Assembly (NCBI RefSeq): GCF_001194135.2
Contig: NC_068985.1
Coordinates: 61,556,875 to 61,602,689 of the forward strand
DNA length: 45,815 bases
Direction: 5' to 3'
DNA from: Octopus bimaculoides
Taxonomy: Eukaryota
The notes below the pieces were generated by a model, which was not told the origin of the DNA, did no database searches, and saw only the letters and a program-made list of their open reading frames with translations. Each line of letters opens with the position of its first letter. The first letter of the stretch is position 1. Of the stretch, positions 38,095-45,815 are shown piece after piece. A program made the translations under genes and the position numbers.

Positions 38095-41008
38095 GACTTC
38101 ACCCTTGAGCACTTAGTCATCGCGTCCAGTGTGTTTCCGGTTGTTATCGGCATTTCACAGAACTCCGCATCCCTGACTGAAAGGCGCGGAATGCCGCCGA
38201 GATAGTTGAAATCCACTCCCGTCTACGACTCACCGCGCACTCTGTTCAGTACCGCTGAAATTCCGCTCACAACTGCTTGGATCCGAGTAACCGTCCCAGC
38301 CCGTCAAAGACCGAATTATGGCTTTGTTGGCACGTAGCGCCTCTGTCACCTGGGTCCACCGAACAGCTTTCATTCCCTCGTGTCTTAGCGCACGCGCCCT
38401 ATCTCTGACAACGCAACCTTTGTGTTTGGCATTGAAGAATTGATCAAGAGCCAATCTCGCCGCCAAGCACGTCAATCGCTATGTCTCTTTTAAGCGCTTT
38501 TTCTAGCTTCTTAACTGGGTCTTCCTCTATACTAGATTCCTTCAACGCTATTTATTTACTAAACCCCACCAACTCTACTCTTGTAGACCTATTCAAGGTT
38601 ATCGACCATCGGCTGTTGATGATTGTACCCGGCAACTTCCGATGGATTATCTTGCTAACTAACTCGGTCTCTGAATGCTTGACTCTCTGGGAAAAACGCG
38701 TTCAACTTCCAGAACCCGGGGATCTGTCTATGGATCCTATCTAGGTCAACCGTACAGATTACAAATTTGTGGTCTGACTAGTCGACGACTTTGAATTGCG
38801 AACAAATTATGCTACCTACAAAATACTCTATCGAAATACGATCTGAAAGACCCGATGCTATTTGCCCATGTTCACAATGGCGCATTCAGGAAATCCAATC
38901 GGAGCCTGTCAGACAACTAGAAACGACTGATAGGTTTGTGAAGCTTTTACACCCCAATCTCCTATCGGCTAGCCCCAGGCGTGCGTTAGCTAAGAAGGCT
39001 TTCCAATCGTCCAACATTAAAGAGCGAGACGTTCCAAGGAAAACCTCAAAACGTCTGAAGAAATCTGGCTGTTCCACCTCAGTCGGGGTGTACACAGCAA
39101 CTAGTCTAAAAGTACCACCTTCGCTATTGCTCACATCCAGGACCACCAACTTACTGTCCGGGTCCAGTAACATCGTCCGTACCTCGAAATCTAGGCCTTT
39201 CCTAAATAGCACTGCCACCCCGCCTTCCATTACAGGTCGAGCAAGAGTTGAGTAGATCGTCAAAAAGTGATATAGTGTGCGCGTTTTCGAAACTCTGGTC
39301 TCCCTGGTGACTATCACATCCAATCCTAGCGACCGGAAGTCATTGAGCGAGATATCTTGTTTCCATGACGACCCCATGCCATCAACATTTATACAACCTA
39401 GTCTAATAATCGTCTTGTTGGTCGGAAAGAATTGAGAGAAAGGAAACGAGTGGGCTTACGTGTTGTTGACAGCCAGATGGTCCGACCCCCCGGCTCTGGT
39501 TGCAGTTCCTCTGGGGACTCTTAAAAGTCTGTTGGTGGATTTTACATTAGGGGTTCTCAGGTCGTAGGGGGAAAGCCAACCCAATGTTTTTAGATATTGA
39601 TAGCGGCATGCGCACTAATAATAGCTCTTTCGGGACTTCAAAAGTGCTGATATCATATATTGCACCCCTCTCTCAATTCCTTTATCCCGAGCTATGAGGA
39701 CCAACAAAACTTTGTTGGTTCCCCTCAATAACACGAAATTTGGAGTCTGTATGGCTAACTGTTCTTTTGTAAGCCTTCTCTTTTGGTGTGAGGTAGGGTT
39801 GTGATAGTGTTGGTTGTGCTGGTGATGGCAGCGTTGGTTGTGTTGATGGTTGTGGAGCTGGTGAGGTTGGTGCTGTTGTAGGTGTGACTACTTGCTAAGA
39901 TAGCGCTCTTTGCGTCCTTCGGTGTGTGTGTCAGTCTGGGGCCAAGCGTTTTTCCTGTTTTCTTTTTTTTCTGTTTACGGGGTTTCTCCTCGTCTTTATT
40001 TCGAGATGTGGGGAATCCAGAGTTTGTGGAGTACCCCGCAGATATGGGCAGGTGTATGTTTGTGTTTTTGTGAGTGTTTATGTGAGAGGGGGAGATGGAG
40101 AGCTGAGTTGAGACCTTGAGTGGTCTTTTCTGCTGATATTCTTGTCGATGTTGGTGGTGGTTCTATTGGGGCCATTTCTGCTGCTCTTTCTGCTACTGTC
40201 CTTTTGCTGCTGCAACCGGTCCTTCCGCCGCAGATAGGGCCACCATTGGATCCGTCATTGTTGGTGTCGTGGATTTTGGTGGTGTGATTTTTCTTGTGAT
40301 CCACTAGTCACTATTGCTGTTGTTGCTGCACTTTTCTTGTCTTGCTGTAGATGTCAGCGGTGGGGCCTTCCTTCCTTTCCTTTTGTTTTTGTTGCATGGG
40401 CAGAATACCAGTAGATGATCCGTCATTCCATAGACATGGAATCTCGATCATCTGCCCACCACACTCGCTCTTAAATCTATTCTAGTGGGTAGAGAGATCA
40501 GGTCTGGCATCCTCTCCAGTTGGTCTGGCTTTACATGGAGAAGTACCGCCTCTGTGATCCTGGTCCAGTTCCCCCTCCTTGATCTCTTGACCCCCAGGAG
40601 AGTTTCACTCTCGTCCAATATCACACAAGCGAGAATCCACCACAAATCTAGTTCTGGTGGCACCCCTTGTATGGTAATTTTCACTGCCCTTTTTCCTAAA
40701 TATGTAGGGAAGTGTGCTGGATTACCAGGGCTTCAGTCTTAAATAAGACTTCCACTCCACCGAACAGCTTGCTCTCGATATATGGCCGATGTCCTGCTAT
40801 TTCTCGTGCAGGGCCCTTTCAATCAGGACTTTGTGGCCAGATGCGAGACTTGAGGATAATGCATCCATAAGACACTATTTTTCTGGCTGTAGCAGATTGT
40901 GTCTCAGGAGACGGAGCCGGCTCCACCTTTCTCCCCTCGAATCTTTTTAATTTAGCCGCACTCGACAGGTTTTATCCTCTAGAGAGCGAGCAAAAAGTTT
41001 TTTCTAGG
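38095..41008 (-). mobile_element. Tx1/L1-clade retrotransposon, 5' half (ORF1 + APE endonuclease + linker), RT missing
   Basis: ORF1 KITIQGVPPELDLWWI... plus decayed knuckle FHVYGMTDHLLVFCP; ORF2 IRLGCINVDG, TRETRV, GGVAVLFRKG, FRLVAVYTP, LMLDDW (38886..39377); ends at CEMPITTGNTLDAMTKCSRVKSA just before the RT. Confidence 0.8.
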
Positions 41009-41044
41009 TGGCGAAGGAAACATTACTTGTTACTGTTGGTGGAG

Positions 41045-41047
41045 TTG

Positions 41048-41110
<63 letters not shown>

Positions 41111-41130
41111 CACTACTACTACTACTTTTT
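41045..41130. repeat. (ACT)n microsatellite and surrounding triplet-rich tract to ~41400
   Basis: Direct reading. Confidence 0.95.
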
Positions 41131-41489
41131 TCCACTTTGCTGTTATTCTTAACGCCGGTACTGGTGATGCTGTTATCGCCACTGTTGATGTCAAAGCTGC
41201 CACTACCCCTACTACCGCGACTGTTGTCGTTGCTACTGCTGCAATTGATGTCGCTTTACTGTTTTTCTGCTGCTGCTGCTACTGTTCACCGTTACACGAG
41301 ATGAACTTTGAACTATAACCATCTCCGTTGTCCCTTCGCCTTCGCCTGCCTTATTTTTGATTATGTTATTGTTACCGTTGCCTCCGCCGCCGCACTGTTT
41401 GATTGCCATGCACACACAAGAGAAGGAAGGAAAGGGAAGTTTTCAGTTGTAAGAGGGCTATTTTCTTTTTGAATGCTTTAAAGCTGGAC

Positions 41490-41501
41490 GCCGCCATCTT
41501 G
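41490..41501 (-). promoter_or_regulatory. YY1-like motif overlapping an ATG (caagATGgcggc)
   Basis: Plus strand gccgccatcttg matches the YY1 consensus; a single motif could be chance. Confidence 0.25.
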
Positions 41502-41729
41502 TAATGAGTTTTATTTTTAAAGCCCAGCTGAGTGAATTTTTAGGGGAGGCAAACATATTGCGTCTTACGGGCAAAACAGCCACAGAGCACCAACAATAGG
41601 TTACTGGTGTTCTTGACAAATTACAACAAAAATTCTACGTAAAAGCAGCACCAAACGGGTAAAAACAATATTTTAAACAGGACTTGCTCAGTGTGTTCGA
41701 AAACACTTCTGACGTATTCCCCAGCAAAT

Positions 41730-41811
<82 letters not shown>
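41730..41811. repeat. (AGT)n-(AAT)n microsatellite
   Basis: Direct reading. Confidence 0.95.
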
Positions 41812-41813
<2 letters not shown>

Positions 41814-41917
41814 GTACTTTGACAGACAGTACAANNNNNNNNNNCCCCCCCGGTAGGCACAATATCTCCAATCAACAACCTCACGATATTGTATACTGTG
41901 CGAATAATAATGATAAC

Positions 41918-42133
41918 AATCCTTTCTACTACAGGCACAAAGCCTGGATTTTGTGGGGAGGGGGACAGTCAATCACATTGACCCCAGTACTCAACTGGTA
42001 CTTAATTTATCGACCCCGAAAGGATAAACGGTAAAGTCGACCTCGACGGAATTTACACTCGGAACGTGAAGACAGACGAAATGCTGCTAAGCATTTTGCT
42101 CTGCGTGCTAACGATTCTACCAGTTCGCCGCCT
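41918..42133 (-). mobile_element. Full-length SINE family 1 copy
   Basis: Reverse complement colinear with 11055-11272; embedded in AAT repeats. Confidence 0.85.
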
Positions 42134-42165
42134 TAATAACAACAACAATAACAATAATAATAATG

Positions 42166-42217
<52 letters not shown>

Positions 42218-42295
42218 AGTTCTATACCTAAGAGATGAGGAATTAGGTACATTATTTTCATTTGACGGATATTTGTCCTCATCTTGTTTATTGTT

Positions 42296-42341
42296 AATAC
42301 AACGTTTCGGTTGATACACCCTCCAGCCGTCATCAGGTGTC
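42296..42341 (-). ncRNA. Minimal type-I hammerhead ribozyme motif in PLE 3' end
   Basis: Minus strand gacac-CTGATGA-c-ggctg-gagggtgtat-caacc-GAAA-C-GTT-gtatt: intact core boxes, stem II and stem I each with one mismatch that the second copy (cagcc, gtgtt at 45069-45086) repairs; palindromic ACGT in place of stem III. Confidence 0.7.
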
Positions 42342-42410
42342 TTGGGGAAATTTCGAACCTGGGTTCTCATTCCTAAGGTATTTTTTGGTATTATTATTAT
42401 TATTATTATT

Positions 42411-42483
42411 CAGGTCACAAGCTGGAATCGAACTCGGAAGCTTGGGGTTAGCCCGCACTCTTAACCACTACGCCATATCCCCG
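42411..42483 (-). promoter_or_regulatory. tRNA-like Pol III cassette (A and B boxes) in PLE pLTR copy 1
   Basis: tggcgtagtgg (A box) and gagttcgattcc (B box) followed by (AAT)n; anticodon-arm region shortened relative to copy 2. Confidence 0.7.
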
Positions 42484-44965
42484 TGAACAATTATGGAGTG
42501 AATTTTAGGGCTTATCTAATATTTTGCTTTGCTTCCTTAATACTCTGGTATCCATATGCTATTTATATCTGCACTCCGTCTACTTAGGAAGTTTTGTGTC
42601 CTAGCATATATGCTGCTTCTTTCAGTTTTCGTATTTTCCACTGGTGTTCTCTGTCTATTATATTAAGTTCATCCCACAGTGGGAGGCGGTGTTCATTTTT
42701 CCATACATGATCAACTATACCTGATAAATCAATATCTCCCCGTGTCATAGTTTAGCGATGTTCCTCTATCATTATTTTGAGGGGGCGACATGTTTCGCCT
42801 TTGTATAACCTACAAGAGCTGCATGGGATGGAGTACACGCAGTTTTTGTCATATTCTCTTCTATTGGTGGTTTTACTCGGAGATATTTGCGAAGTATTGT
42901 ATTACTCTTGAATACTGTCGTGATGTCAATGAGCGGTATATCTTCTGCATCTTTTCGGAGAGGCCTTTCACATAGGGTAGACAGTTCATTGGCTTCATCC
43001 TCTCTTTTCTTCATAATTGGAGTGGATAGTATGTTTTTGGAGTAGTTGTTTCTTAACAGATTGTTACTGAGCTTGATAATTTTTTTCGTGGTGGGTATCA
43101 CGATCGCTACTTATATTCTTTGCTCGATGTTTTAGGCACTGAACAATCCCCCTCTTTAACACTGTATGGATGGTAGGAATTGAAGTTGAGGTATCGTCCA
43201 GTGAATGTCGGCTTGCGGTATGCGGATGTCCTGAATCCATACTTGGTGCGTGTTATTAATACGTCCAGGAATGCTAGCTGATTGTCTTTTTCCTTTTCCA
43301 TTGTGAACTGTATAGATGGCTTTATTGAGTTCACATGATTTAACAGCACTTGGACATCTTCCTGGTGGGGCCAGAGTATAAATGTGTCATCAACATATCG
43401 CAGCCATAGAGTTGGTCTTAGTGGTGTTGATCCTAAAGCCAAATTCTCAAAGTATTCCATGTATATATTGGCTATTATCGGTGATGATTTCGAACCCTCT
43501 TCTTGCTGATATATATCAGTGTCCGTATTGAAGTAGGTAGTTTCTAAACAGAAGGTCAACATTTCCATCAAGTTTATTATTGGTATACTAGTACGTTCTT
43601 TTAGACGGGTGTCTGTCGCTAGTTTTTCTTGAATCACCGATAGTGCTTCACCAGTTGGGACTTTGGTGAACAGACTTATCACATCTAGTCTCACCATCTG
43701 GTTGGATTCAATGGAGTTATTCTTGATCAGTTCTGTGAAGTGGGTGGAATTCTTCACGTACGATGTTGACTTTTCTGCTAACGGACTGATTATATCCATA
43801 AGGAAGCGACTCAGTAGATGACATGCTGAACCTCTACAGCTCACTATAGGTCTTAATGGAATACCATCCTTGTGAATCTTAGGGACACAGTACAACTATC
43901 GTAGTTTGCTGTAGTGTTGAGTCGGTTGTCTGTATTTCATTGCTGTAAAGTGATCCTTGTTCTTGATCAAGATCTGTGACAACTTCCTCTCTGTTTTCAG
44001 AGTTTGGTCCTTCTTTACTTTGCTGTAGCTACCATCACTTACAAGACTTGCCAATTTTTCCGACTAGTCAGACTTGTTCATCGCCACTGTAGCATTTCCC
44101 TTGTACGCTGGAAGTATTATGATGGAATTGTCACTCTGTAGTCTTTTGATAGCAAACTTTTCTTCCTTAGTGATGTTTGTTTTGGAAAGTTTCGCTGTTT
44201 CTAGTACCTGTCTCACTTTCCACCTTAGTTCATCTCCCTGAGCTTTTGGTATCTTTATGGCTATCTCTTCAATATTATGTCCAAGTATGGAATGCGCTTG
44301 AATGGTTGTTGCAAAGTTGAGACTTTTCTTTAGTACTGCTTCTTCAGAGCTTTCTAAATGTCGGCTACTTACATTAATTACTGCTTTCACAGGTGGGTGA
44401 CGGACTTCAGACTTCATTATCTGACCTTCGAATTTCATAAACTTCTTAATCTGGCGTGTCTTCCCCATTTCAAATTCTTTCATATAGGACTTTTCTAGAC
44501 CTCGTTGGATTCTCTGTCTATCATCATCTCTGGTTATTTTCCCAAGTAATGAAGATAAACTCTCTTTGATTTCGTTATTTAGCTGATGTTTTTTCCAACG
44601 GTTGTAATGGATTCTCTCACGGACAAGGGCATGTTCTGCCCTTTCCGCTATTCTTCTAGCTTTACATGAATCCACTGGTAAAGGAACATCGCAAAGCTGT
44701 GACACGAGGAGATATTGATAAATCGGGTATAGCTGATCATGTATGGAAAAATGGAGACCACCTCCCCCTGTGGGATGAACTTAAAATAATAGATAAAGAA
44801 CACCACTGGGAAATACGAAAACTGAAAGAAGCAGCATAGATGCTAGGACACAACAACCTCCTAAGCAGACCGAGTGCAGATATGAATAGCATATGGGAAC
44901 CAGTATTAAGAAAGGATAGGAAAATATTAGATTTATAAGCCCTAAATTTCACTCCGTAATTACAC

Positions 44966-45042
44966 ACGGGCATATGGCGTAGTGGTTAAGAGTGCGGGCT
45001 ACTAACCCCAAGCTTTCGAGTTCGATTCCAGCCTGTGACCTG
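44966..45042 (+). promoter_or_regulatory. tRNA-like Pol III cassette in PLE pLTR copy 2
   Basis: A box 44975-44985, B box 45018-45029 (32-nt spacing), anticodon-like arm ggg-ctactaa-ccc; no convincing acceptor stem, so not a functional tRNA gene. Confidence 0.7.
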
Positions 45043-45134
45043 AATAATAATAAGGCAGGAGGGTATATCAGCCAAAACTTTGTGTTAACAACAAACAAGA
45101 TGACAAATATCCATCAATTGTAAATAATAATAAT

Positions 45135-45348
45135 AATCCTTTCTATTGAAAGCACAAGGCCTGAAATTTTGGGGGAGGGGACTAGTTGATTACATTGACC
45201 CCAGTGCGTAACTGGTACTTAATTTTTCGACCCTGAAAGGATGAAAGGCAAAGTCGGCCTCGGCGGAATTTGAACCCAGAACGTAGCAACAGGCGAAATA
45301 CCACTAAGCATTTCATCCAGGGTGCTAACGATTCTGCTAGCTCACCGT
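45135..45348 (-). mobile_element. SINE family 1 copy
   Basis: Reverse complement colinear with 11055-11272. Confidence 0.88.
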
Positions 45349-45371
45349 CATCATCATCATCGTCATAATAA

Positions 45372-45581
45372 TGGTTTCAAATTTTGCCACAAGGGCAGCA
45401 ATTTTGGGAGAGGGATGAGTCGATTACATCGAACCCAGTGTTCAACTGGTACTATTCTTATCGACTCCGAAAGGATGAAAGGTAAAGTCGACTTCAGCGA
45501 AATTTGAACTCAGAACGTAGGGACGGGCAAAATACCACTAAACATCTTGCTCGGCGTGCTAACAATTTTGCCAGCTCGCCT
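45372..45581 (-). mobile_element. SINE family 1 copy, variant tail
   Basis: Same head and body; tail variant atggtttcaaattttgccacaagggcagc. Confidence 0.85.
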
Positions 45582-45592
45582 TAATAATAATG

Positions 45593-45632
<40 letters not shown>

Positions 45633-45815
45633 GGAAAATTAGTTAAAAGCAGCAATATAACACTAGATAAAGCCAATGAAATAAGAGAACTAGACGAAAG
45701 CCAACCATACAGGTATTTAGGAGTCAATGAACTAGATAGGATACAACATACACAAATGAAAGAAAAAATAAAGAAAGAGTACTATAGACGAGTTAGATCA
45801 ATACTAAAAACAGAG
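45633..45815 (+). mobile_element. 5'-truncated R4/Dong-type fragment after (AAT)n, running off window
   Basis: GKLVKSSNITLDKANEIRELDESQPYRYLGVNE..MKEKIKKEYYRRVRSILKTE, homologous to 23300-23470. Confidence 0.85.

Larger units (their letters stand above)
42216..45135 (-). mobile_element. Penelope-like element (RT + GIY-YIG) with inverted pseudo-LTR; ORF disrupted
   Basis: N-term ARRIAERAEHALVRERI..INVSSRHL..LKKSLNFA..IILPAYKGNATV (44064..44680); RT PKIHKDGIPLRPIVS, DVISLFTKVP, SPIIANIYME, WLRYVDDTF (43107..43895); EN VYSIPCSSCRLYKGETCRPL (~42770-42850); 42255-42765 is repeated in inverted orientation at 44682-45125. Confidence 0.92.

Noticed and set aside
44966-45042. Possible tRNA gene with anticodon ACT
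   Set aside because: No convincing acceptor stem, second copy has a deleted anticodon arm, and it ends in (AAT)n; treated as a tRNA-derived cassette.

Overview
Eukaryotic, AT-rich, microsatellite-dense and almost entirely transposon-derived DNA from a draft assembly with four large N gaps and six 10-N gaps. The two tRNA-derived SINE families and the (ATAC)n/(AAT)n load suggest a cephalopod, probably Octopus; this is inference, not a database result. No intact cellular gene, rRNA, true tRNA or CRISPR array is supportable, and most short ORFs are microsatellite artefacts. Main contents: (1) a ~13 kb same-strand pile-up of at least five R4/Dong-type (RT + CCHC + REL endonuclease) retrotransposon copies from several families at 21.1-34.0 kb, mostly separated by (AAT)n/(GAT)n; (2) a near-complete but disrupted Penelope-like element (PLE) at 42.2-45.1 kb with an inverted pseudo-LTR, whose 3' module is a tRNA-like Pol III cassette followed by a minimal hammerhead ribozyme motif (the most interesting signal here); (3) two further PLE remnants, a 3'-truncated Tx1/L1 element, RTE-like fossils, a Tc1/mariner fossil, hAT-, Kolobok- and Helitron-like non-autonomous elements and many SINEs; (4) one plausible host-gene terminal exon (minus strand, 34995-35263) and a YY1/ATG-like motif near 41.5 kb. 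All alignments and folds were done by eye.
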